Positions 15,365 to 25,252 of a stretch of 40,556 bases of DNA are shown here, in pieces. The notes below the pieces were generated by a model. That model was given only the letters and a program-made list of their open reading frames with translations. It searched no databases and had not been told where the DNA came from. The position numbers and the translations under genes are program-made. The DNA comes from a virus. The stretch covers positions 1 through 40,556 of the IMG/VR virus record IMGVR_UViG_3300027852_000084; one strand, 5' to 3'. Each line of letters starts with the position of its first letter. The first letter of the stretch is position 1.

Positions 15365-15871
15365 TTGACTGAGCCATCCAGTAACGGCGCTCCTACCAAA
15401 TATAGAGAGCTATTTGATGAGCAGGCTTATAAGCTATGCTTGCTTGGCGCGGTAGACTCAGAGCTTGCTGATTTCTTCGGTGTTGCAGAGTCAACTATTA
15501 ACAACTGGAAGCATGATTACCCTAGTTTTTTGGAGTCCATCAAGAAAGGCAAGGATATTGCAAACGCAAATGTAGCTGAGAGCATGTACAAAAAGGCTAT
15601 AGGCTACAGCCATCCAGAAGATAAAATATTCAATCATAACGGTGAAGCAATGGTCGTGCCGACAACCAAACATTACCCACCAGACACGCAGGCAGGATCA
15701 CTATTCTTACGCAACAGAACCAGCGTTGAAGGGTCTATAGGTTTGAATTGGCGCGATAAAACAGAACAAGAGATAAGCGGCAACATCGGCCTAACAGACA
15801 TGAGCGAAGATCAGTTAGACGACAAAATCAATCAGCTAAAAAGCGAACTTGAGCAAAGCTCAAAAAATTGA
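15365..15871 (+). CDS. terS: terminase small subunit
   Basis: PTKYRELFDEQAYKLCLLGAVDSELADFFGVAESTINNWKHDYPSFLESIKKGK...AESMYKKAIGY is the conserved HTH N-terminus of a widespread TerS family. The gene lies directly upstream of TerL. Confidence 0.85.
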   Translation: MTEPSSNGAPTKYRELFDEQAYKLCLLGAVDSELADFFGVAESTINNWKHDYPSFLESIKKGKDIANANVAESMYKKAIGYSHPEDKIFNHNGEAMVVPTTKHYPPDTQAGSLFLRNRTSVEGSIGLNWRDKTEQEISGNIGLTDMSEDQLDDKINQLKSELEQSSKN

Positions 15872-17303
15872 GTTAGCGCAACTGCTGGAAGAGCAGGTAA
15901 GGCGCAACAAGCAGTCTTATGGCTTGCGGGCTTATGAGCGGCTTTATGACTGGCAGCATCGACTTAATGCGGCAACAAAAGAGCACACGGCATGTTTGCT
16001 ACTCGCAGCAAATCAAGTGGGTAAATCGCTCACCGGCTGCGTAATAGATTCATTTCATCTAACCGGTGATTACCCGGACGACTGGCAGGGCCACAAATTC
16101 GAGCGCCCGCCGATGTGCTGGCTTTTGGGTTACTCGGGAGAGAAAACCCGTGACCTGTTGCAATCAAAACTGTTTGGCCGTTTTACCGCTGGAGAATTTG
16201 AAGGCGGGTTGATTCCCAAAGATAAGATAGTTCTGGGCGGTTGGCGCGCTATGACCGGCACGTCTGGGGCTATGCGCGAGGTAAGGGTTAAGCATGTCAA
16301 CGGCATAGCAACTTGTCAGTTCTGGTCATACTCACAAGGCCAGCACGCGCTTATGGGTGATGTTGTTGACTGGTACCACATTGACGAAGAACCGAAAGAC
16401 AGTGAGATTTACCCGCAGGTTATAACCAGGACGCTGAACGGTGACCAGGGCAGAGGCGGACGCGGTATTTTGACGTTTACGCCGGAGAACGGGAAAACCC
16501 AGTTAGTCTCTAAATTTATGGATGATCCTGTTTCCAGTCAGTACTTGCAAACAGCAACATGGGACGATGCGCCGCACTTGAGCGAAGATGCCAAGGTTTC
16601 GATACTTGCCCAGTATCCAGAATATCAACGGGCCATGAGATCAAGAGGCGTCCCGTTAATGGGTGCCGGTTTAATATTCGAGCATTCGGAAGAGGCGATA
16701 AAATGCGCGCCCTTTGAAATACCTGCCCACTGGTACTTAATCAACGGCATGGACTTTGGCTGGGATCATCCGCAAGCGCACATACAATTAGCATGGGATA
16801 TGGGGGCAGACATTTACTATGTGATCCATGCGTTCAAGAAGTCTAAAACCCAGCCATATGAAGCGTGGGAAGTGGTCAAGGGCTGGTCTGAGGGTGTGCC
16901 GACTGCATGGCCTCATGATGGGCTACAAACCGAAAAAGGCAGCGCCAAGCAGCAGCGGGAATACTACGACGAGGCCGGGTTTGATATGATTGACGATCAC
17001 GCGACGTGGGAAGATGGCGGCAACGGGGTAGAGGCTGGGCTGATGGAGCTTAATAATCTGATGAAAACCGGAAGGCTAAAAGTGTTCGCCCATCTTTTCG
17101 AGGTGTTCGATGAAATCCGTCAATATCACCGCGTAGCAAAAGCCAACGGGAAAAGCGAGATAGTTAAAATAGGTGAAGATATAATCGATGCTATCCGCTA
17201 CGCCTACATGATGCGCCGCCATGCAATCCAGAAAAACGATATCGGCGTAGATTGGGAAGAGGAATCCGGCCACTATGAAGAAACAAACGCGATGGGATAT
17301 TAG
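15849..17303 (+). CDS. terL: terminase large subunit
   Basis: 484 aa, with Walker-A-like AANQVGKS and a DEE-type acidic motif (WYHIDEEP). Position between TerS and portal. TTG start. Confidence 0.85.
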   Translation: MSKAQKIELAQLLEEQVRRNKQSYGLRAYERLYDWQHRLNAATKEHTACLLLAANQVGKSLTGCVIDSFHLTGDYPDDWQGHKFERPPMCWLLGYSGEKTRDLLQSKLFGRFTAGEFEGGLIPKDKIVLGGWRAMTGTSGAMREVRVKHVNGIATCQFWSYSQGQHALMGDVVDWYHIDEEPKDSEIYPQVITRTLNGDQGRGGRGILTFTPENGKTQLVSKFMDDPVSSQYLQTATWDDAPHLSEDAKVSILAQYPEYQRAMRSRGVPLMGAGLIFEHSEEAIKCAPFEIPAHWYLINGMDFGWDHPQAHIQLAWDMGADIYYVIHAFKKSKTQPYEAWEVVKGWSEGVPTAWPHDGLQTEKGSAKQQREYYDEAGFDMIDDHATWEDGGNGVEAGLMELNNLMKTGRLKVFAHLFEVFDEIRQYHRVAKANGKSEIVKIGEDIIDAIRYAYMMRRHAIQKNDIGVDWEEESGHYEETNAMGY

Positions 17304-17305
17304 CA

Positions 17306-19444
17306 ATGCCAATTAAAGAACTGATTGAATTTGTCGGAAAAGAAAACCTTGTTGATGAGGTTCTGGAAGGCGAGAAAGGCGAACAGATTCTTTCTGATCT
17401 TGGCGGCAAAGTAAAGCGGGACTTTGATAGAGACTGGTCGTCTATGGGCGATTGGATGCACGCTGTCGATGAAGGTCTAAAGCTAATGCAGCAGGAATAC
17501 CGCACAAAGTCAACGCCATGGGATGGAGCTAGTAACTTCAAGTCTCCTATGCTGTCTGAGGCAAGTATTGCGTTTGGTGATAAAGCATCGCTAGAAATAT
17601 TGCGGGCACGCAACCTCGTTAAAACTGATGTTATCGGTAAGGACAGGGACGGATCAAAGAAAGAATTGTCAAGCCGGGTAGGCGAGGCGATGAACTACCA
17701 GGTCAACTACCAGATGAAGGACTGGAGACGTGACCAGAAACGCATGCTTTACATATTGCCTAACGTCGGATGTATGTTTAAGAAAACCGTTTATGACCCG
17801 TTGCAGGGCAAGACAGCCTCTCACGTTATCCAATACCCAGATTTTGCAGTGAATCAAGCCACTATCAACATGAGCGAGTGCCAGACGTTTACGCAGATAC
17901 TCGACGTTGATTTAAATGGACTCATAGAGCGCCAAGCTGCGGGGACGTGGCGTGATATTAGTATTTACCCGGAAGGGTCAGAAGGTGGCGAAGGGTCAAA
18001 GGAGTCGGCAGAAACCGAAACCGCGAACGACAATCCAGATAGGTTTTTAGAGCAGCAATGTTTTTTTGATCTCGATGACGACGGATACGAAGAGCCCTAT
18101 ATCGTTACAATCCATGAGCAGACCATGACAGTGATGCGGATCGTGGCGCGTTACGATGATCGGTCTTTTATCGTAAAAACGCCAGAGGGCCGCGTTGTCA
18201 ACCTTGTTGAGGCCATCAAGCAGGAATCCGCTGCGCTTATTAATCAAGGTTTTCAGCCTCCAGAGATTGCCGATATTGATAAATATGATCTAGTCAGAAT
18301 TGAACCGATTCAGCCGGTTACTAAATACGGGTTTATCCCGTCGCCTGATGGTACGTTTCTTGATTTGGGTTATTCTCACTTGCTAGGCGCAATCGTTCAG
18401 GGCGTTAATACTTCGACCAACCAATTGACCGATGCTGGCACGCTGCGCAATGCGGGGGGCGGGTTCCTTGCCAAAGGGTTTCGTAAAAAGATGGGGACAT
18501 TACAGGTCAAGCCTGGTCACTACAACTCAACGGACATAGCCGCTAGAGACCTGCACAGCGGCGTATTGCCCAACCCTAACCCAGAGCCAAGCGCCGTACT
18601 ATTCGCGCTCAATGAGAAGCTAGAACAAAAAGGCAGGCAGTTCGCCGCCATCGTCGATACCAGCGGGCAGATACAGGGCAATACGGCACCGACTACCGCG
18701 CTAGCAATTATTCAAGAGGCACTTATCCCAACTTCTGCACTGATGGGCCGGGTACTCGATGGAATGTCTGATGAATTTCAGATTTTATATAGTCTGAACA
18801 AGCGCACGTTTGACCCAGAGCTATACAAAACCGTGCTTGATGATCCAGGAGCCAACGCATCGGCTGATTTCAATGATGAATCACTCGACATAGTGCCGAC
18901 CGCAACACCCGAAATGTCCTCGAAAATGCAGCGCATGCAGTTGGCAACGGTAGAGATGGAAAATATACCCGCTGTCATTTCTGCGGGTGGTAATCCTCTG
19001 CCTATCGTGCGGAATTTCTTTGACCGTATCGGCAGTCAAAACCTTGACGAGATATTCCCAGAACAGCCGACCGACCAGCAGGCGGCGGAAATTAAACTAT
19101 TCCGCGAGTCTCAGGACATTGAGAACCAGCTGCAAGCGCATCAACTAGAGCTAGCACAGTTACAAACCGAGCTGTTAGGCAGAGAGCAAGAACGGCTAGA
19201 CGCTGAAACAAATATCAAGATCCAGAAAACCATCGGTGAACTAGAGAAACTACGAACCGAAAGCATTTTAAACCTAGAGAAAGCAGAGTCGGAGGAAGTT
19301 AAGAACCAGATAAATAAATACACAGCAGAATTGAGCGGAACAATCAGTATGTTAACTGCCATAGGAGCAGAAAATGATAGAAGAAATGCTAGCAGAAGCG
19401 AAGTCGCGCCACAGTCGGCAGCCGATCTCACAGGAAGATTATGA
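17306..19444 (+). CDS. portal protein
   Basis: 712 aa, immediately after TerL. A long C-terminal coiled-coil segment (ELAQLQTELLGREQERLDAETNIKIQKTIGELEKLR) is analogous to the P22 portal barrel. Confidence 0.8.
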   Translation: MPIKELIEFVGKENLVDEVLEGEKGEQILSDLGGKVKRDFDRDWSSMGDWMHAVDEGLKLMQQEYRTKSTPWDGASNFKSPMLSEASIAFGDKASLEILRARNLVKTDVIGKDRDGSKKELSSRVGEAMNYQVNYQMKDWRRDQKRMLYILPNVGCMFKKTVYDPLQGKTASHVIQYPDFAVNQATINMSECQTFTQILDVDLNGLIERQAAGTWRDISIYPEGSEGGEGSKESAETETANDNPDRFLEQQCFFDLDDDGYEEPYIVTIHEQTMTVMRIVARYDDRSFIVKTPEGRVVNLVEAIKQESAALINQGFQPPEIADIDKYDLVRIEPIQPVTKYGFIPSPDGTFLDLGYSHLLGAIVQGVNTSTNQLTDAGTLRNAGGGFLAKGFRKKMGTLQVKPGHYNSTDIAARDLHSGVLPNPNPEPSAVLFALNEKLEQKGRQFAAIVDTSGQIQGNTAPTTALAIIQEALIPTSALMGRVLDGMSDEFQILYSLNKRTFDPELYKTVLDDPGANASADFNDESLDIVPTATPEMSSKMQRMQLATVEMENIPAVISAGGNPLPIVRNFFDRIGSQNLDEIFPEQPTDQQAAEIKLFRESQDIENQLQAHQLELAQLQTELLGREQERLDAETNIKIQKTIGELEKLRTESILNLEKAESEEVKNQINKYTAELSGTISMLTAIGAENDRRNASRSEVAPQSAADLTGRL

Positions 19445-19649
19445 CGCTTGGCGTCAGAACGACGTAACCAAGCGAATGTTTGAAGAAATAGAAATAGAGG
19501 TTTTGGAGCAAGCGCTAGAAGAGATGGATTCAGTAAATCTTGATGAATTGGCTCTTAATACGGCGTTTAACAAGGGGTGCGAGTCGTTCGCCAGAACGAC
19601 CATTAACTGGTCACCGGAAGGCGTAAGGGGGCCAAACGATGAAGATTAA
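19374..19649 (+). CDS. acidic 91-aa head-module protein
   Basis: AGGAGCAGAAA precedes the ATG at 19374. Overlaps the portal 3' end by 71 nt. Confidence 0.45.
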   Translation: MIEEMLAEAKSRHSRQPISQEDYDAWRQNDVTKRMFEEIEIEVLEQALEEMDSVNLDELALNTAFNKGCESFARTTINWSPEGVRGPNDED

Positions 19650-19977
19650 ACCGTTAGGCTTTTACGTATTGTTGGAAATGGTCGAGGTTGAGAAAGTGAC
19701 AGCCGGTGGCATTGTTCTACCCGAAGACCTTGTTAGCAAAGAGCAGGACGCCACGTCTGTTGGTTATGTCCGCGCTATCGGGCCTACTGCGTTTGCTGGA
19801 TACCCTGGGTGCGATCCTATCCCCGGTGGACTGCCTGCTGATCAATGGGGTTTGTATATCGGTCAACGGGTTGAATATCGGAAATTCGAGGGCAAGAAAT
19901 CATCTGAGCCCGGTTACGAAAACTACCGATATATTCCCGATTCTCACATCATAGGAGATGCTGGCAATGGAAGTTAA
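19639..19977 (+). CDS. GroES/Cpn10-like co-chaperonin
   Basis: IKPLGFYVLLEMVEVEKVTAGGIVLPEDLVSKEQDATSVGYVRAIGP parallels GroES [44 protein letters not shown]. Confidence 0.7.
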   Translation: MKIKPLGFYVLLEMVEVEKVTAGGIVLPEDLVSKEQDATSVGYVRAIGPTAFAGYPGCDPIPGGLPADQWGLYIGQRVEYRKFEGKKSSEPGYENYRYIPDSHIIGDAGNGS

Positions 19978-20758
19978 AGCCAACGAAAACACCAACAAAC
20001 CGATAACTAATTCGCCCGTCGATGAAATTATCGAGGGCGTAACAGAACAGCCCAACACCGCTGAAGAAACCGCCCGCGCTGGTGGCTGGAAGCCACAAGA
20101 TGAGTGGGAAGGCGACCCCGCAGAATGGCGAAGCGCTGAAGTATTTAATGAGCGCGGCGTTTGGATGGGCAAGCTAAAAGAGCAGCGCGCCCGTGTTGAC
20201 CAGATGGAGCAGTCATTCAATACCCGGCTGGAAGGGGTCAACAAGCTACACAAGGTTCAGCTTGACGCGCAAAAAGCAGACCTAGAAAAGAGACGCGATG
20301 ACGCTATCGATCTAGCAGACCGCGAAGCCGCTAACGGCTATCAGGATCAGATTGACACACTAAACAGCCAGCCGGTTGAGGCTGCGCCAGTCGATCCCGG
20401 TCAAGGTAACCTCGATGCTTGGAATGCTGCTAACCCGTGGATATTTGGTAACGATCCAAAAGCCGCTTATGCCAAACAGCAATTTGGCTCCTACCAATCT
20501 AGCGGGATGAGTGCCGACCAGGCGTTGGCGGCGATGGAAACCGACGTAAACCGGGCATTTCCTGAAATCAACCCGAGCCGCGACAAGCACCCTAGTTCGG
20601 AAGGTGGGAGCAGGCCGGGTGGTAAGCGGTCAGCGCCCAAGCTGACTATGGCAGACCTTACCCGAGAAGAAATGGGTATTTGGAAAACGGTAGGGTCAAG
20701 CTGGGGTAGTCAGGCTGAATTTTTGCAAGCGGTACAGGACGACAGGAGCCAATCATGA
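19967..20758 (+). CDS. scaffolding protein candidate
   Basis: Acidic and coiled-coil-rich, located between portal and capsid. GGAG lies 9 nt upstream of the ATG at 19967. Confidence 0.6.
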   Translation: MEVKANENTNKPITNSPVDEIIEGVTEQPNTAEETARAGGWKPQDEWEGDPAEWRSAEVFNERGVWMGKLKEQRARVDQMEQSFNTRLEGVNKLHKVQLDAQKADLEKRRDDAIDLADREAANGYQDQIDTLNSQPVEAAPVDPGQGNLDAWNAANPWIFGNDPKAAYAKQQFGSYQSSGMSADQALAAMETDVNRAFPEINPSRDKHPSSEGGSRPGGKRSAPKLTMADLTREEMGIWKTVGSSWGSQAEFLQAVQDDRSQS

Positions 20759-21252
20759 ACGAACGCAAAGAGCGAAGCGACAAAGGAATTAAGCGAGGCC
20801 GTACCGGTGCAGATACGCCGCCCGCTATGCAGCATCAGGGGCTAGTTGAGGGCAGCCGGGAAGAGGTCGCGCACTCATCAGGCAGGCCACCAAGGATATC
20901 GATGAACAACATGAAAAAGCTAGGTTTTAGCGAAGGGCTAATGGAAGACGGCTATTATTACCGATGGTTCCAGGATCGAGATGGTCGAATATCTCAGGCG
21001 CAAGCGGCTTATTATGAGCCCGTAACCGATGAACAGGGTAATAACACGACCCGGCAAAGCGGGCCTTACACCATGCAGTTGATGCGTCTGCTTGCTAAAT
21101 ATCGAGACGAAGATTTAGCCCTGAAAAAAGCAGCTGTTCAGGCCACGCTTGAAACCGAAGCAGGTATAGGGCACAATGAATACGCGCCCGATCCAGAAAC
21201 GGGCAGAGCAGAAGGCGGAAATAGCGCCATTCAACGCAGCGTTGAAAGTTAA
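20755..21252 (+). CDS. head-module hypothetical protein, 165 aa
   Basis: ORF track. ATGA overlap with the upstream gene. Confidence 0.55.
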   Translation: MNERKERSDKGIKRGRTGADTPPAMQHQGLVEGSREEVAHSSGRPPRISMNNMKKLGFSEGLMEDGYYYRWFQDRDGRISQAQAAYYEPVTDEQGNNTTRQSGPYTMQLMRLLAKYRDEDLALKKAAVQATLETEAGIGHNEYAPDPETGRAEGGNSAIQRSVES

Positions 21253-21350
21253 TTTAGAAATCTAGGCTCGTCAAACGGTAGACCGCCGGAGTTGATCGAG
21301 AAACGAAAGGGGAAACCCTAACTTTTTTCTTTTAATTACGGAGGTCTACC

Positions 21351-21908
21351 ATGCCTGGTGGATTCAAACTCGCCAATACAGACTCGCAAGGGGATGTAAC
21401 CGGCAAGCAGAAAACCTTTTCTGTTCTCGCAGCAACCGCAGAAGTGGTTGTCCCTGGTGATCTTGTTCGCATTGCAGGCACTGCAAATGCTCAGGGCGTC
21501 GCTAATGTTGCTATTGCCCCTGCCACTACCGCAAGCACTGGCGTTGTCATGTCGATTGACCCGACTTTTGCCGGTGAAGCGCTGTCGCAAACTCACCACG
21601 CAGCATCTACTCTAGGCACGATCAAGGTCAACGTTGACCCGAACGCGCTTTATGAGGTTGATGTTGCCAATGGGCCGCTTGCCATTACCAACGTTGGGCA
21701 GAATTGCCCGGCTGTTGTAACCGAAGCAACCGCTTCTGGCAGCCTATTCCCATCGGTGATGACTGCAAACGCAACCGGAGCCGCAACTACTGCAACCTTG
21801 CCTTTACGAATCGTCGCCTTGAAAGAGGATGCCGATGGTGTTCTGGGTAATGTTGCCATCGTTCGGTTGAACGCTACTACCGTCGCGCCCGGCGCAACAG
21901 GAGTTTAA
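21351..21908 (+). CDS. virion protein, possibly head decoration/accessory capsid protein
   Basis: GGAGG SD. The gene lies immediately upstream of the capsid gene. Confidence 0.45.
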   Translation: MPGGFKLANTDSQGDVTGKQKTFSVLAATAEVVVPGDLVRIAGTANAQGVANVAIAPATTASTGVVMSIDPTFAGEALSQTHHAASTLGTIKVNVDPNALYEVDVANGPLAITNVGQNCPAVVTEATASGSLFPSVMTANATGAATTATLPLRIVALKEDADGVLGNVAIVRLNATTVAPGATGV

Positions 21909-21911
21909 GAC

Positions 21912-22832
21912 ATGAGCGGAACTATTTCAACGGGTTCAGTCCCACGATTACTCCAAGAAGGCGTCAATAAGGTCTTTGGTAATTCTCTAAAGGAACATTC
22001 GTCGAAGTACGATAAGATGTTCATGGTTGAGAGTTCGTCCAAGGCGTTTGAAGTTGACGTTCAACTTGAAGGCTTTAACCGTGCTTCTAGCAAGCCTGAA
22101 GGCGATGACATTACTTTTGATTCTCGTCAGCAGGGCTTCACCCCGAAGTACATTATGAGCACCTTCGCCAAGGGCTATATAGTCACTGAAGAAGCGCTTG
22201 AAGATGAACTTTACGGTCAGCTAAACGACGGCGCTCGGGCTCTAGCCAGTGTAATGAACATCACCAAAGAGATTGAAGCTGCTGCGATTTACAATAATGG
22301 TTTTGATGCTGGTTCGCTGATGGTTGATGGCGATGGTGTATCACTGTTCTCTACGGCTCATTCTAACGGGCCATCGGGGGGCACTTACTCCAACCGGCTA
22401 GCTGTTGACGCTGATCTTTCTGAGGCTTCTTTGGAAGATATGCTGATCCAGGTTCAGACGGTGGAAGATGCACGCGGTTTAGCGAAAGCTTTGCAGGCGG
22501 TTCGGTTGATTCATGCGCCAGCAAATGCTTTTGAAGCGCAGCGTATTTTGGGTTCAGTGCTGCAAAACGACACGGCTAACAACGCCACCAACGCTATTCG
22601 TGATATGCACGCGGTTCGAGATGGGAATCTATCTAATCCTTTCTTGACTGATACGACTGCATGGTTTCTGACTACTGACGCGCCTCAAGGACTGAAATAC
22701 TTCAGCCGTAGGGCAGTTAGATTTGGTCAGGATAACGCGTTCACTTCGGGTAATGCTCGATTTAAAGCTGATGAGCGTTATGCTTTTGGCTGGACTGACG
22801 CACGCGGGGCTTTTGGCTCGGCAGGCGATTAA
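21912..22832 (+). CDS. major capsid protein (HK97-fold family, Mu gpT-like pattern)
   Basis: 306 aa, followed by a strong terminator. Position, and an N-terminal pattern similar to gpT-type capsid proteins. Confidence 0.7.
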   Translation: MSGTISTGSVPRLLQEGVNKVFGNSLKEHSSKYDKMFMVESSSKAFEVDVQLEGFNRASSKPEGDDITFDSRQQGFTPKYIMSTFAKGYIVTEEALEDELYGQLNDGARALASVMNITKEIEAAAIYNNGFDAGSLMVDGDGVSLFSTAHSNGPSGGTYSNRLAVDADLSEASLEDMLIQVQTVEDARGLAKALQAVRLIHAPANAFEAQRILGSVLQNDTANNATNAIRDMHAVRDGNLSNPFLTDTTAWFLTTDAPQGLKYFSRRAVRFGQDNAFTSGNARFKADERYAFGWTDARGAFGSAGD

Positions 22833-22836
22833 ACGG

Positions 22837-22859
22837 GAGGGCTTCGGCCCTTCTTTTTT
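22837..22859 (+). terminator. rho-independent terminator after the capsid gene
   Basis: GAGGGC-TTCG-GCCCTT stem-loop followed by CTTTTTT. Confidence 0.75.
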
Positions 22860-22900
22860 AATTAGTTACTGGCCCTTAACGGGTTGCTTTGGAGAAAGAC

Positions 22901-23401
22901 ATGAGTGGTACTAATTTCCCTAATGGTTTAGTTACGCGCCAAAAATTTGGCGGATCTTCGGCTGGATTTAAAAGCGCAGCTAGCACTAAATTTATTAACA
23001 AAACTGCCGTTATTCGGTGCGATGCACAGACGGCTGAGACACAAACTCAATTCACGTTGCCAGCTAGCGCAATTGTTAGCGATGTGTTCCTGAACGTAAT
23101 CACGGTTGACGCTACCGAAACCGTTAACGTTGGCACGATGGGCACGTCAAACGATCCTGATGGGTACCTGGCAGGGGCTTCTTTGGCTACCGCTGGGCTG
23201 GTATATGGCTCGTTAGCTGATGGCGCGGTTACTCGTGGTGCGTTACTGTTTGAGATAACTGAGGCGACCACCGCAGCGGCTAGAATGCCTGATATTACTG
23301 CTGGTGGCGATCCTGTGTCTTATACCTGTTCAGCGGGTTCTGATACGGCGGTTTTCGACATCATTATCGAATACGCTGAAGTCGTTACCGAGGCCAGCTA
23401 A
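22901..23401 (+). CDS. virion protein, 166 aa
   Basis: GGAGAAAGAC precedes the ATG at 22901. Confidence 0.55.
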   Translation: MSGTNFPNGLVTRQKFGGSSAGFKSAASTKFINKTAVIRCDAQTAETQTQFTLPASAIVSDVFLNVITVDATETVNVGTMGTSNDPDGYLAGASLATAGLVYGSLADGAVTRGALLFEITEATTAAARMPDITAGGDPVSYTCSAGSDTAVFDIIIEYAEVVTEAS

Positions 23402-23403
23402 CC

Positions 23404-23688
23404 ATGGCCCGGCGAACGGTTACATTCGCGGGTGAAACTACTAAGAGCTTCGTCGCTAATCAGAGGCGCGGTTCTGAGTACAACGCAACAATCCAGAACC
23501 TAACCGACCAATCTATAACTATAACTGCTACTAATGATGACATCCAAGGCGATAGCCCAACGTTTGCTGCATCTGGCCTTGTCGTTGCAGCTGGCGCGCT
23601 GGGATCGTTAACAGCCGCCTATGATGGATGGCTGTTAACGGCATCGGGGCCAGCTAATGGCACCGTTAGCATCGTAGAAGCTGGATGA
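23404..23688 (+). CDS. small head/neck-module protein
   Basis: ORF track. Confidence 0.5.
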   Translation: MARRTVTFAGETTKSFVANQRRGSEYNATIQNLTDQSITITATNDDIQGDSPTFAASGLVVAAGALGSLTAAYDGWLLTASGPANGTVSIVEAG

Positions 23689-23936
23689 AAAACAGATTTG
23701 TTAGGGGTGATCACAATGTCATTTCTGATGACTCTGGGCAGAAGTTTAAGCGGTCAGAGATGAGGTATACTTGGGATGGGCTGTTAGTCCATGCTGCAAC
23801 GGAATGGCAGCCCAAACAGCCCCAGATTGATATACGGGGCAGGAATGAGAAAATAGCAGTGATCAACGGCACCAGGACGCAGTCTGAAGATTTACCGTTG
23901 TTAAACCCGACAATAACTAAGGCTCAAATGGTATGA
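23685..23936 (+). CDS. small head/neck-module protein
   Basis: ORF track. ATGA overlaps on both sides. Confidence 0.5.
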   Translation: MKNRFVRGDHNVISDDSGQKFKRSEMRYTWDGLLVHAATEWQPKQPQIDIRGRNEKIAVINGTRTQSEDLPLLNPTITKAQMV

Positions 23937-25252
23937 GCGCAGTTCTAACGGCAACGGCTCAGGACATTGTTACCGGCGCTTTGCGGCTAATTGGCGAGGT
24001 TGATGCCAGCCAGTCGGTTGACGCCGTTGAAATGCACGACGGGCTAGAATCCCTAAACTACATGGTTAAGAGCTGGCAGGCTCAGGGGCTGCACCTCTGG
24101 ACTAAAACCGAGGGAGTTTTATTTCTTGATGCTGGCAAAACTGATTACAAATTAGGGCCAGCCGGTGATTATTCTGGCAATTTTGATGATTTTGTTAATA
24201 CTGCGCTATCAGTGGCCGGGGCTGTTTCTGATCAGACCCTAACTGTCGCCTCAACAACTGGCATGGACGGTGCTGATGATATATTGCCTTCTGACCCTTC
24301 AGAATCTACGCAGGGATGGACGGCAGTCGGTGGAACTATCGCCATTGTTGACGGCTCGATGGTGGTATCGAATGCAACGCCTGTATCTGGTGAGGCAGAG
24401 AGAACTATAGAATCGCTGGTGCCGGGTAGGGTTTACCGGGTTATCTCTGGTTTCACTCTGGGCTCTAGCGTATCGGTAACGTATTCGATTAAGGACGGTG
24501 CAACCACGCTAGGCAGCGAGACTTTAACCGCTTCTGGAACGTCTAAATTTGAATTTACGGCCACGCAACTAAGCCATACGTTTGAAATACTGAACGGAGA
24601 TACCGGCACCACTAACACCACCACAACCGATTCAATTGTGATTCTGGATACTACGACCGGTGACTTGGTTGGCGTGCGCCTAGATGACAACACCCGGCAA
24701 TGGACTAAAGTCGTTGAGGTGTTGAGCGCTACGCAGATTTACAATGCGGACGGGCTGACTGGATCAGCTGCCATTGGTAAAAGCGTTTTCTCTATCCCTG
24801 AGCTTCTACATCGCCCTGTGAGGTTGTTACAGCTACGACGGGGTAGCATTGGTTCAAATAGCGAGATAGAAGCTAACCAGTGGTCTCGTGAGGAGTATTT
24901 CGCCCAGCCTAACAAGCAATCGCAAGGCACTATCAATAACTGGTATTACTCGCCACAGCTTGCCGATGGTCGGCTTTATGTTTGGCAAACCGCCAACGAT
25001 GTAGACCAGCTGGCTCGATTCACTTATGAGCGGCCAATTAACGTTACTGAGGAGACCTCAGACGCGCCAGATTTCCCGTCAGAATGGTTTATGACGTTGA
25101 AATATAACTTGGCTGTCGAAATTGCCCCAGAATACCGGATTCCACAAGACCGATTAGCAGTTCTTCAATTTAAAGCCGCTGAGATGCTAGAAAACTCGCT
25201 AGGATTTGACCTTGAAACGGCGGGCCTATCAATGCAGCCGGATTTCACATAG
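23933..25252 (+). CDS. head-to-tail adaptor, P22 gp4-like termini with a large central insertion
   Basis: The N-terminus QDIVTGALRLIGEVDASQSVDAVEMHDGLESLNYMVKSWQAQG parallels P22 gp4 [45 protein letters not shown]. The C-terminus LKYNLAVEIAPEY parallels VFHNLACRIAPDY. Confidence 0.7.
   Translation: MSAVLTATAQDIVTGALRLIGEVDASQSVDAVEMHDGLESLNYMVKSWQAQGLHLWTKTEGVLFLDAGKTDYKLGPAGDYSGNFDDFVNTALSVAGAVSDQTLTVASTTGMDGADDILPSDPSESTQGWTAVGGTIAIVDGSMVVSNATPVSGEAERTIESLVPGRVYRVISGFTLGSSVSVTYSIKDGATTLGSETLTASGTSKFEFTATQLSHTFEILNGDTGTTNTTTTDSIVILDTTTGDLVGVRLDDNTRQWTKVVEVLSATQIYNADGLTGSAAIGKSVFSIPELLHRPVRLLQLRRGSIGSNSEIEANQWSREEYFAQPNKQSQGTINNWYYSPQLADGRLYVWQTANDVDQLARFTYERPINVTEETSDAPDFPSEWFMTLKYNLAVEIAPEYRIPQDRLAVLQFKAAEMLENSLGFDLETAGLSMQPDFT

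Noticed and set aside
19374-19444. The 71-nt overlap between the portal 3' end and the next ORF, considered as a possible programmed frameshift.
   Set aside because: I saw no slippery heptamer. The downstream ORF has its own strong SD (AGGAG) and ATG, so an ordinary overlap or a slightly shorter ORF is more likely.
19706-19954. 82-aa + strand ORF nested in another frame of the GroES-like gene.
   Set aside because: It has no SD, and the GroES-like frame has clear family similarity.
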